NCBI GenBank assembly: GCA_963793135.1
Contig: CAWBYX010000012.1
Location: forward strand, 65,928 to 129,927
Length of the DNA: 64,000 bases
Direction of reading: 5' to 3'
Source of the DNA: an uncultured Verrucomicrobiae bacterium
Lineage (GTDB): Bacteria > Verrucomicrobiota > Verrucomicrobiia > Chthoniobacterales > JAFAMB01
Part shown: piece by piece, positions 29,462 through 38,160 of the stretch
How the letters are laid out: every line of letters starts with the position of its first letter
Position numbering within the stretch: position 1 is the stretch's first letter
Notes under the pieces: model-generated
Told to the model about the DNA's origin: nothing
The model's input: the letters and a program-made list of their open reading frames with translations, nothing else
Database searches by the model: none
Program-made: the position numbers and the translations under genes

Positions 29462-29544
29462 CCGCTGAACGCTAAACGTTGACCCTTTTCAACGGTCTGG
29501 ATATTGGTTGTTGTTCGTTGAGAATGTTCAGCGAAGGCAAAGGC

Positions 29545-30720
29545 ATGGCAGACGAAGCAATGAATGATTTAATCGTGCTCACAGATGCGAAGCACAATGT
29601 TTCCGTCAAAGAATGGAGCATTAGCTCGGATGAGTTTGGAGGCCCTGCTGGCGGGATTAGGTGGAGAATTGCCAAACGTCTGTTGGCAGGTGGCCGGCAA
29701 GAGGGTGTCGAGGTTATCGAGGTGGATAACGGCCTGATGAAATTCACCGTAGTTCCCACGCGTGGTTTTAACGTCTGGACGGCCAATGTCGGAGACGTCC
29801 GACTGGGATGGGACTCGCCCGTGACGGAAATCGTGCACCCTCAATTTGTGAATCTGGCGGAGCGCGGCGGTCTTGGCTGGCTGAATGGTTTCGGTGAATG
29901 GATCTCTCGCTGCGGTCTGGAATCGATGGGCCCGCCGTGCAAGGATGGTTCCGAGATTTACACGTTGCATGGTCGGATCAACTATATTCCGGCGAGTTAT
30001 GTGGCGGTCCGTATCGAATCGAGCCCCGTGCCGCGGATCGTTCTTCGGGGAGTGGTCGACGAATCGCTGATGTTTGGCCCGAAACTGCGATTGACGACGG
30101 AGATCTCGACCGAGATCGGCAAACCGGCATTGCGTTTCGACGACGTGGTAACGAACCTTTCCGACTCGCCCCAGGAAATGGAAAGCCTCTATCACGCGAA
30201 CTTCGGCCCTCCGATACTCGGGCCTGGCGCCCAATTCATTGCACCCGTCAAGAAAGTGGCGCCGAGGGATGCCCGCGCAGCCGAAAACGCGATGGCCGAT
30301 TGGAACCTTTACACTGGCCCCCATTCACCCGGCTATACCGAGCAGGTTTATCTGATGGAACTCTATGCCGACGATGCGGGGATGACGGAAGCATTGCTGA
30401 AGTCTGCGGACGGAACGAAGGGGGCGCTCGTTTCCTATGATGTTCGCAATTTGCCCTTCATGACGCTCTGGAAAAACGAAGCGCCGTCGAAAGCCGGCTA
30501 CGTGACAGGGTTGGAGCCCGGTACGAGCTTCCCATTTCCCAAACCGGTAGAACGCGCTGCGGGACGGATTCCGCGGTTGAACGGTGGGGAGAGCTACCAA
30601 ATAAAGGTGACTTTCAGTGCCCTGGTTTCGGGGGAAGAAGTCGAAAGCGCTGAGGGTGCGATCAGAAGATTGCAGCGAGCGGATCCGCAGGTGCAGATTA
30701 CGCCGATGGATGCTGACTAA
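29545..30720 (+). CDS. galactose-mutarotase-like protein (DUF4432-type aldose epimerase family), tentative
   Basis: About 390 aa with YTLHGRINYIPA and LEPGTSFP regions reminiscent of the mutarotase-like fold. Family assignment is from memory only. ATG 29545 preferred over TTG 29479. Confidence 0.5.
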   Translation: MADEAMNDLIVLTDAKHNVSVKEWSISSDEFGGPAGGIRWRIAKRLLAGGRQEGVEVIEVDNGLMKFTVVPTRGFNVWTANVGDVRLGWDSPVTEIVHPQFVNLAERGGLGWLNGFGEWISRCGLESMGPPCKDGSEIYTLHGRINYIPASYVAVRIESSPVPRIVLRGVVDESLMFGPKLRLTTEISTEIGKPALRFDDVVTNLSDSPQEMESLYHANFGPPILGPGAQFIAPVKKVAPRDARAAENAMADWNLYTGPHSPGYTEQVYLMELYADDAGMTEALLKSADGTKGALVSYDVRNLPFMTLWKNEAPSKAGYVTGLEPGTSFPFPKPVERAAGRIPRLNGGESYQIKVTFSALVSGEEVESAEGAIRRLQRADPQVQITPMDAD

Positions 30721-31946
30721 ATTTTCTTGTAGATGATGCAGGAATTGATCCCGCCAAAGCCGAAAGCGTTACTTAAAATATACCGCAGATCACCTTCGCG
30801 TGGTTCGTTCGCGACCACGTCGAGGTTACAATCTGGATCAGGGGTCTGGTAATTCAGGGTGGGGGGGATCAGTCCATCGCGAAATGCGAGGGCGCAGAGA
30901 ATACCTTCAATGGCTGCGCTTGCTCCCAGAGGATGCCCGTAATAACCCTTTGTTCCGCTGACGGGAATGGAATCGGTTCGATGGCCGAACACTTTCCTGA
31001 TGCAAAACGCTTCATTCGAATCATTGAGCTGAGTCGAGCTTGCATGCGCATTGATGTAATCGATCTGATCGGTGTTCAGCCGTGCGTAATTCAATGCGTC
31101 GCGAATCGCACGCACGCAAGAATCGCCGGTGGGGAGGGGCGTCGTCATGTGAAACGCGTCGTTATTGAGGCTGTACCCGATCACTTCCGCGTAGATCTGT
31201 GCGTCGCGAGCCTTGGCATGCTCGTACTCTTCCAAAACGAGGCTGGCCGCGCCTTCGCCCATCACGAATCCATCGCGATCATGGTCGAATGGACGACAGG
31301 CCACCGATGGATGGGAGCGGCTCATGGTCCGAATAAAGGCGAATGCTCCATAGGTCAGGGGACTCAATGGCGCTTCGGCGGCGCCAGCGATCATGACGTC
31401 TGCCCAATCATCGCGGATATATCGGAGCGCTTCCCCGATGGCAACATTGCCACTGGCGCAGCTATTGGAATTGGTGGTACCGACTCCGCGGAACCCGAAC
31501 TCAATGGCTGCGTTACAATGTGCCGACCCGCCAAAGACCTGCAAAGCGAGCGTCTGTCGGACGGACTTCGGTCCGCCATTCACAAAGGCTTTGTGTTGGC
31601 CCTCAGCATTGGAGACACCGCCGAGCGCGGTTCCGAAACTGACTCCCACGCGGTCATTAGGAGTGTCCGGCGAATAGTCCAGACCGCTGTCTTCCAGGGC
31701 GAGTTTGACCGACGCCACGGCGAATTGTGCGAAGCGGTCTAACCGTTTCAATCGATGCGGGGGAAAAATAGTTTCCGGGGACCAATTCGAAATTTCGCCG
31801 GCGCTGGTGGCCTTGAAGATCGAAGCGTCGAAGGTGGAGACAGGGCCTATACCCGACTTTTTATCCTTAATCGCCTCCCAAAACGCCTCTTTTCCGACTC
31901 CTATGGGGGTGACTGGTCCAACCCCTGTAATGACTACCCGCCTCAT
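30717..31946 (-). CDS. beta-ketoacyl synthase (FabF/KAS II-like ketosynthase), 409 aa
   Basis: Active-site region NSNSCASGNVAIGEA (Cys), INAHASST and GYYGHPLGASAA (two His), C-terminal NAFGFGGIN. Confidence 0.85.
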   Translation of the reverse strand: MRRVVITGVGPVTPIGVGKEAFWEAIKDKKSGIGPVSTFDASIFKATSAGEISNWSPETIFPPHRLKRLDRFAQFAVASVKLALEDSGLDYSPDTPNDRVGVSFGTALGGVSNAEGQHKAFVNGGPKSVRQTLALQVFGGSAHCNAAIEFGFRGVGTTNSNSCASGNVAIGEALRYIRDDWADVMIAGAAEAPLSPLTYGAFAFIRTMSRSHPSVACRPFDHDRDGFVMGEGAASLVLEEYEHAKARDAQIYAEVIGYSLNNDAFHMTTPLPTGDSCVRAIRDALNYARLNTDQIDYINAHASSTQLNDSNEAFCIRKVFGHRTDSIPVSGTKGYYGHPLGASAAIEGILCALAFRDGLIPPTLNYQTPDPDCNLDVVANEPREGDLRYILSNAFGFGGINSCIIYKKI

Positions 31947-32356
31947 TTTTTTTCCACGTGGGCTTTCATGTGCTGCAGGGTTTGCGAGGCAATATAATTG
32001 ATAAAAAATCCGCCGATGATCGGTTCCGCGAACGGTGCAAGCGGCGGCACGCGGAAAGAGAGGTCATGAACAATTTGCACTTCGACTCCGGCCGCCAGAG
32101 TTCGAAACTTCCAGACAACCTTCATCCCTTTAGTCCAGGCTTTCAGGTGCTTAAAACGGATTTCCCGGTTTTCGCGGTCGATGATCTGCTCGGATACCCA
32201 GGCAATCGGGATCCTGCCACGGTTGGCAGCCATTTTCACAAGGTTCCGGACCGGACCCTTCTCATAATAATGTATGTAGCGATAATGGGGCAAAAAGGTA
32301 GGCCAGCGTTCGAGGTCGGCAGCCGCTTCGAAGATATTTTCCGCGGCGGCATTCAT
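31943..32356 (-). CDS. SRPBCC superfamily protein (polyketide cyclase/dehydrase-like), 137 aa
   Basis: ENIFEAAADLERWPTFLPHYRYI N-terminus typical of cyclase/dehydrase proteins. Start set at the ATG forming an ATGA overlap with the upstream stop (32353-32356); another ATGA overlap links it to the KS start. Confidence 0.7.
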   Translation of the reverse strand: MNAAAENIFEAAADLERWPTFLPHYRYIHYYEKGPVRNLVKMAANRGRIPIAWVSEQIIDRENREIRFKHLKAWTKGMKVVWKFRTLAAGVEVQIVHDLSFRVPPLAPFAEPIIGGFFINYIASQTLQHMKAHVEKK

Positions 32357-33063
32357 GACAATTGCGTTGGTGTGGTACATGAGGGTCGATCTGCAACGTA
32401 ATGAAGGTAACACTCCGCCGCCTCTACTTTCATCGACTTCAGCCGATAGATCCGGGAAGATGGAAGAAATGTTCCCGGCGCCCCGAGAACGCCCGGTGCG
32501 CCGGCGCCGCCCGCAATCAGCGGAGCCACGGTTAAAAAAAGCTCATCGACAACATTCAATTCGGCCAGAGCCTTGGCCAGTTGTGGTCCACCTTCGCATA
32601 CCAGTGTTCGGACACGGTGCGTCTCATGCAGGTCATTCAAGACCTCCTCAAGGCTCAGATGATCAACGGCGCTGAGATGCAGCTCAGCCTTGGCCCGAAG
32701 TTCGGTTTGAGTCGTGGGCGGCATCCGGGCCGTCGAATAGATGATAATAGGAGAAAACCGATGATTGAAGACGTTCAAGTCGGTCGGGATATCGCCCGAA
32801 TTCGAAATGATGACACGGATCGGGTATTCCGCTTGCGCCCGCTGGACGCGCGCCTGGCGGAGCTCTTCATCGGGCAACCCCATCGACATCCGATCGATCT
32901 GCAGGGTGTTCTTGCCGACCATCAAAGCATCACCCAATGAACGGATTTCAAGCAGGCGATGTTTGTCGAAGGCGGAAGTGAAACCGGAAGGAGTTAGCTT
33001 GGCCGTCGAAACTTTGCCATCGATCGTCATGGCGAAATTCAGAATAATGCGGGGCCGTTGCAT
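32353..33063 (-). CDS. RibD C-terminal domain / dihydrofolate-reductase-like reductase
   Basis: ILNFAMTIDGKVST and VCEGGPQLAKALAELNVVDELFLTVAPLIAGG are the RibD_C hallmarks. Confidence 0.8.
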   Translation of the reverse strand: MQRPRIILNFAMTIDGKVSTAKLTPSGFTSAFDKHRLLEIRSLGDALMVGKNTLQIDRMSMGLPDEELRQARVQRAQAEYPIRVIISNSGDIPTDLNVFNHRFSPIIIYSTARMPPTTQTELRAKAELHLSAVDHLSLEEVLNDLHETHRVRTLVCEGGPQLAKALAELNVVDELFLTVAPLIAGGAGAPGVLGAPGTFLPSSRIYRLKSMKVEAAECYLHYVADRPSCTTPTQLS

Positions 33064-33142
33064 AGGTTTAAGACTTTTAACGGGATCGGTTTATTCCCAG
33101 GGATTTCTTCAGCTGGCGATTCAACCTGGCATGCCCGGAGCA

Positions 33143-34067
33143 CTATTGGTCTGCCGGTGGAATCTCTGTGAATCGTTGTTTCCAATGGGTCAACGCGGCT
33201 ACGATATCGTCTTTGGACGCGCTGGAACTTAACTCCCAAACCATCGGCTGCTCGGCGTGTTAAGGAGGGAAGAAGGGATGCAAAATCGATCATTCCACTG
33301 AACGGCACACGGTGATCGCGGGCTGGGAACTGGACATCATGGATATGGCACCCGATCAATCGCGAAGACATCTCGCCCAGCCATTCGGCGTGATCAATCA
33401 GAGTTAAGTTGTGGCGAACCTGGGCGTGCCCGAAATCATGCCAGTAACCGATGGCATCGTCTCCAATCTCCTTGAAAAGCCGTCGAAATTCCCTTTCGGA
33501 TGGAAAGGTTTCGATCCCAATACGATTCTCGATACCGAGGATGACGCCGGCCGCTTTCGCATGGGCTCTAGCAGGTTGCAACCATTCGATGACGCGATCG
33601 TAGGCAGCAACGGCCTCTCGCTTCCGAATAGCGGCTATCTTTAACCTGACATAACTGCGATCGAGATATTGTCCGTCGTAAATCGAACGAATGAGCCGTT
33701 CTGTGTAGTCCGGAGCCGACACCGAGCCCAGGTGCACGACGACTCGTGTTGCACCGAGCCTGTGTGCGTAGTCAATCGTTTGTAAGGTGTAGTGACGGGC
33801 GCGATCCCGCTCGGCCGCACGGAGAGAGGTGCACTGATAACAGTCGGGTGCTGAACCTTGAATCTCGATGGGAAGTGGACAGAAATTATGAAGGCTGGTC
33901 ACCTTCATCGGGTGATCAGCGAGAAACCGTTCGATTCCTTCCCACAGCGATTGCCGGATGCCATGACCCAATTCAACATGGTCGAAACCGAGCGCGAAGA
34001 TTTCCCTCAGCATCTCGTCGCCGCGGGTGTGACGGTTGGAATTCCAGCAGGTGGAGAAAGCGAGCAT
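33143..34067 (-). pseudogene. xylose-isomerase-like TIM-barrel protein (sugar phosphate isomerase/epimerase family), apparent frame change near 33254-33263
   Basis: MLAFSTCWNSNRH...FDHVELGHGI N-terminus and WHDFGHAQV, IGCHIHD motifs. After ...FASLLPSLT the in-frame tail to 33039 is Arg-rich and implausible. The adjacent frame reads (AEQP)MVWELSSSASKDDIVAALTHWKQRFTEIPPADQ*, ending at 33143. Confidence 0.6.
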
Positions 34068-34090
34068 GAAACAGGAGTTCAGATCAAACT

Positions 34091-34177
34091 CAGAACTCAG
34101 GAGCCAGGATTCAGGAGTTATAGAAGCAGGAGTCGGGTTCTGGCTCCCGGCTCCTGAATCCTGGCTCCTGAATTCTG
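34091..34177. repeat. 27-nt inverted repeat (26/27) built of CAGGAGY-type units
   Basis: cagaactcaggagccaggattcaggag (34091-34117) versus the reverse complement of ctcctgaatcctggctcctgaattctg (34151-34177); the inner 20 nt are perfect; 33-nt loop. It lies between the glgP stop and the next gene start. Confidence 0.85.
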
Positions 34178-34183
34178 TTCTCC

Positions 34184-36736
34184 TCATTTCGCCCAGGTGA
34201 TCAATCTTAATTCGTGATCCTGAACGAGGTTCGGATGAGTCGGAATCACACGGACGTTGAATCCGTAACTTCCACTTTCCGAGGTCTGAATTACCCCGCG
34301 GAAGCGATAAACTCCGTTGTCTCCACCTTTCTCGACGCTCGCGAGATCGACCGTATACGGATTGCGCAGCGTTCCGTCGTTTGATTCGCCGACATAGGCT
34401 TGAACTCGAACATGCGTGGGATCAACGGGTCCGAGGAAAACCCGAGCGACGATCTCCAATTTGTCGCCCACAAACATCGAAGCTCGGCCTCCCTGAGAGG
34501 TTTCCACCGAATCGATCCAGATTTTTGGCCAATCGACACGGGTGGCGTGTTTCCATTTCGCGAGTTCTATCGCTGCCTGACATTTGTTGGCACTGAGAGC
34601 CTTAAAACCTTGCGCAGCGGGTTCGTACAATCGCTCGGTGTATTCCTTGACCATCCGATGGGTATTGAAAACCGGTGTGACACTTCGCATTGATTCCCGC
34701 ATGAGCTGGATCCAGGCGATCGGAATGCGACCGTCGGGCTTCGCGTAGTAAAGCGGGATGATCTGGTTCTCCATCAGGTTAAAGAGGCTATCGGCATCGA
34801 CTTCGTTTTGAAAATCTGGACTCCCGTCGGTAATCTCTGGCCCAATTGCCCAACCGTTCTTGCCATTGTAACCCTCGCACCACCAGCCATCCAGGACACT
34901 GAGGTTCAAGCCGCCGTTGGGCGGCAATTTCATGCCGCTGGTTCCGCTTGCTTCAAGGGGACGAAGGGGGTTGTTGAGCCAGAGATCAACTCCCTGATAT
35001 AACCTGCGTCCGATGTAGGTGTCGTAATCTTCAACGAAAACCACGGAATTCTCGAGGCCGGCTTCACGTGATTTATTGTAAACCTCCTGGATGAACCGTT
35101 TTCCGGGTTCATCCTTGGGATGGGATTTACCCGCGAAGATGAATTGGACGGGGCGCTCCGTGTTTTGCACCAGACGCAGCAATCTTTCTTTCTGGCTGAA
35201 AAGCAACGTGCCGCGCTTATAAGTGGCAAAACGGCGAGCAAATCCGATTGTCAGCACGTCCGGGTTTAACACACTGTTAATCTGCCGCAATTGCTGGGGC
35301 GATTCACCGAGGCGGATGCGTTGGCTCCGGAGCCGGTCGCGGATAAAATCAATCAGCCGAACCTTCAGCAAATGATGAGTCTCCCACAATACGTCGTCGG
35401 GGATATCGATGACTCTGCGCCAGTATTCGGTATCGGTGAGATGTTCCTCCCAATCGGCGCCGAGATATTTAGCGTAAATTCGATGAAACTCGGGGGCTGT
35501 CCAAGTTTTAGTGTGGATCCCATTGGTAATGCTGGTGATCGGCACTTCCTGAATCGGGACGCCCGCCCAGACATCCTCCCATAACCCTTGGCTTACTTCG
35601 CCGTGCAGCTTGCTTACGCCATTGGCATGGCGGCTCACGCGCAGCGCGAGGATCGTCATGCTGAAAGTATTGGTCGGATGGGCAGTCGGTTCTCCGAGTC
35701 GGAAAAAGTCGTCAAAACTGATCCGGAAATCATCCGCGTAGCGGGAGAAATATCGGACCATCATCTCGCGGGGGAAAGCGTCATTCCCTGCTGGCACAGG
35801 AGTATGAGTGGTGAAAACGTTGGAGGAGGCGACCACCTGGAGGGCGGTGTAATACTCCAACCCAGAGTTTTGCACGTATTGGCGGATTCTTTCCAGGGAG
35901 AGGAACGCGGAGTGGCCTTCGTTCATGTGATAGACCTCCGGATGGATGCTAAGGGCATCCAGGGCCCGAACTCCGCCTACGCCAAGGACAATCTCCTGCC
36001 GAATTCGCATCTCCAGGTCGCCGCCATAAAGCTGTTCGGTGATCGGGCGATCTTCCGGCGAATTCTGCTGGATATCCGTATCAAGCAGGTAAAGTTTGAT
36101 CCGGCCGATCTGGAGCTCCCAGACTTTGGCAGTCACATTTCTGCCAAGCATCGAGACTGAAACGTAAAGAGGTTGATCACCGACCTTGGTCTCCAGCAAC
36201 GGCAAATGGTTAAAATTCTGGTTGAGGCTTACAGCTTCCTGCCAGCCATCCTTGTTGATTTGTTGCTTGAAGTAACCGTGCCGGTAAAGGAGCGTCACCG
36301 CGCAGAAGTTCAGATCGAGGTCACTGGCCGATTTGCAGTGATCGCCGGAAAGAATTCCGAGACCGCCCGAATAGTTCGGCACGGATTCATGAAATCCGAA
36401 CTCCGCCGAAAAATAGGCGATCCGGGGCGCGTTGGGGCGAAGTTTTCCATAGGTGTCGGCTCGCGCCATGTAGTCCTTAAATTTTTGATAGATGGACAGC
36501 ATTTCACGGATGTAATTGTCATCGGAGGCGAGCTCGATCAAACGGGACTGGCGCGAAAGTTGCAGCATCCGGATTGGATTATGGTTCGTTCGGTCCCATA
36601 GCTGCGTATCCAAATGCCGAAAGAGCCGCCTGGCATCGGGCTCCCAGGTCCACCAGAGATTGTGAGCGAGTTCACGCAGCGGTTCCAGATTCTCCGGTAA
36701 GCGGGGTGATACATTGAATGTTTGTACAGGTTGCAT
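34184..36736 (-). CDS. glgP: alpha-glucan (glycogen/maltodextrin) phosphorylase, 850 aa
   Basis: N-terminal LAHNLWWTWEPDARRLF, GGLGILSGDHCKSASDL, and the PLP region EASGTSGMKLPPNGGLNLSVLDGWW. Confidence 0.9.
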   Translation of the reverse strand: MQPVQTFNVSPRLPENLEPLRELAHNLWWTWEPDARRLFRHLDTQLWDRTNHNPIRMLQLSRQSRLIELASDDNYIREMLSIYQKFKDYMARADTYGKLRPNAPRIAYFSAEFGFHESVPNYSGGLGILSGDHCKSASDLDLNFCAVTLLYRHGYFKQQINKDGWQEAVSLNQNFNHLPLLETKVGDQPLYVSVSMLGRNVTAKVWELQIGRIKLYLLDTDIQQNSPEDRPITEQLYGGDLEMRIRQEIVLGVGGVRALDALSIHPEVYHMNEGHSAFLSLERIRQYVQNSGLEYYTALQVVASSNVFTTHTPVPAGNDAFPREMMVRYFSRYADDFRISFDDFFRLGEPTAHPTNTFSMTILALRVSRHANGVSKLHGEVSQGLWEDVWAGVPIQEVPITSITNGIHTKTWTAPEFHRIYAKYLGADWEEHLTDTEYWRRVIDIPDDVLWETHHLLKVRLIDFIRDRLRSQRIRLGESPQQLRQINSVLNPDVLTIGFARRFATYKRGTLLFSQKERLLRLVQNTERPVQFIFAGKSHPKDEPGKRFIQEVYNKSREAGLENSVVFVEDYDTYIGRRLYQGVDLWLNNPLRPLEASGTSGMKLPPNGGLNLSVLDGWWCEGYNGKNGWAIGPEITDGSPDFQNEVDADSLFNLMENQIIPLYYAKPDGRIPIAWIQLMRESMRSVTPVFNTHRMVKEYTERLYEPAAQGFKALSANKCQAAIELAKWKHATRVDWPKIWIDSVETSQGGRASMFVGDKLEIVARVFLGPVDPTHVRVQAYVGESNDGTLRNPYTVDLASVEKGGDNGVYRFRGVIQTSESGSYGFNVRVIPTHPNLVQDHELRLITWAK

Positions 36737-36952
36737 CGTTTTCTTTCAGTTCTGTCCGACAGATCCTCCTATTCAGATGATCGGACCTCCGCAAGCACAA
36801 CGTGTGCTCGGTGGACTTGCAAGCCTTTAGCCCGGGTTGCCCGCAAATGCTTGGATATTTGCGTGCGAGTCAGGTTTTCTTGCGGCCACGGTGCCGCTCG
36901 TTCAGGTTGGTTTGACCTTCTGTTGGCCTCGCAGGATAGTGCGTGACGCACC

Positions 36953-38014
36953 ATGAATTATCGCACTTATCGAAACACGGATCTTCGGGTAAGCGAAGTC
37001 GGCTTTGGGATGTGGACGGTGTCTACAGGATGGTGGGGCAGCTTTACTGAGCAGGAGGCTGTGACTCTTCTGCGAAAGGCATTCGATCTTGGTGTTACGC
37101 TCTTCGACGCGGCGGACACCTATGGGAACGGATTGAGCGAAGAGTTGATCGCCAAGGCGTTTTCCGATCAGCGCGACAAAATTGTGATAGCGACGAAGAT
37201 CGGTTACGACTTTGTGCAGCATGGCAACGATCGACGGGGGCAGCGAGAAATTCCCCAGGATTTTTCACCCGAAGCGATAGTTCGCGCCACTGAATCCGCC
37301 CTGAAGCGACTGAAGACTAACTGTATCGATCTTCTTCAGCTCCACAACATCCGGATGGAACAGGTTGTCGAGGACGCTGTCTGGGAGACTCTGGACCAGC
37401 TCCGCGCGCGTGGCTTAATTCGATATTATGGTGTTGCGCTTGGGCCCGCCATCGGCTGGATGTACGAAGGCATTAACTGCGTGAAGGAACGCGAGGTCAC
37501 CAGCGTCCAGCATATCTATAATTTGCTGGAGCAACATCCGGGCGCGGCGATTCAGAACGCCGCCATCGAACATGGCAAAGATACGATGTTTCTGATCCGG
37601 GTCCCGCACTCTTCCGGAATGCTGGAAGGGCATTACACCGAAGAGACTAAGTTTCCGCCGAATGACCATCGGAATCATCGTCCGCGCGCCTGGCTGATCA
37701 ATGGCGTCCGAAAAGTGGAACAGCTCCGGTTTTTGGAGCGAGCGAATCGGACGATGGGGCAGGCTGCTTTGCTCTGGTTGCTCAAGGACGCGCATGTCGC
37801 CTCAACGCTTCCGAATATCTACGACGAGCAGCAGCTCACCGAGTTCGCGTCGATTTCGGAATGTCCGGATTTGACGGACGATGAAATGGAGCAAGTCGCG
37901 GCATTGTACGCCGCTCACTTCGGAATAGAGGAGGAGCGACCGAAGTTCAAAGGAACGATGGAACTTAATCAGGAGTCAGGAGCCAGGAGCCTGGAGCCAG
38001 GAATTGCAAAATGA
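36953..38014 (+). CDS. aldo/keto reductase
   Basis: LRVSEVGFGMWT, FDAADTYGNGLSEELIAKAF, IDLLQLHN motifs. The last 15 codons are encoded by a heptamer array. Confidence 0.9.
   Translation: MNYRTYRNTDLRVSEVGFGMWTVSTGWWGSFTEQEAVTLLRKAFDLGVTLFDAADTYGNGLSEELIAKAFSDQRDKIVIATKIGYDFVQHGNDRRGQREIPQDFSPEAIVRATESALKRLKTNCIDLLQLHNIRMEQVVEDAVWETLDQLRARGLIRYYGVALGPAIGWMYEGINCVKEREVTSVQHIYNLLEQHPGAAIQNAAIEHGKDTMFLIRVPHSSGMLEGHYTEETKFPPNDHRNHRPRAWLINGVRKVEQLRFLERANRTMGQAALLWLLKDAHVASTLPNIYDEQQLTEFASISECPDLTDDEMEQVAALYAAHFGIEEERPKFKGTMELNQESGARSLEPGIAK
37970..38004. repeat. tandem heptamer array CAGGAGY, 5 units (inside the 3' end of the AKR CDS)
   Basis: caggagt caggagc caggagc ctggagc caggaat read directly. 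Confidence 0.85.
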
Positions 38015-38132
38015 GGCGTCCGATTTGCGTCTTACGCCTCAGTTTCATCTGAGCCGCGCGCTTTCTCGACCGCCTGTTTAAACGCCTTCACCGATGGGAA
38101 AACCCATATCGTTCCAGCCGGCGTCCTTCGGG

Positions 38133-38160
38133 GCTCCTGGCTTCTGACTCCTGACTACTC
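38133..38160. repeat. complementary heptamer array RCTCCTG, 4 units
   Basis: gctcctg gcttctg actcctg actactc; overlaps the dtd stop codon (38155-38157). Confidence 0.8.
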
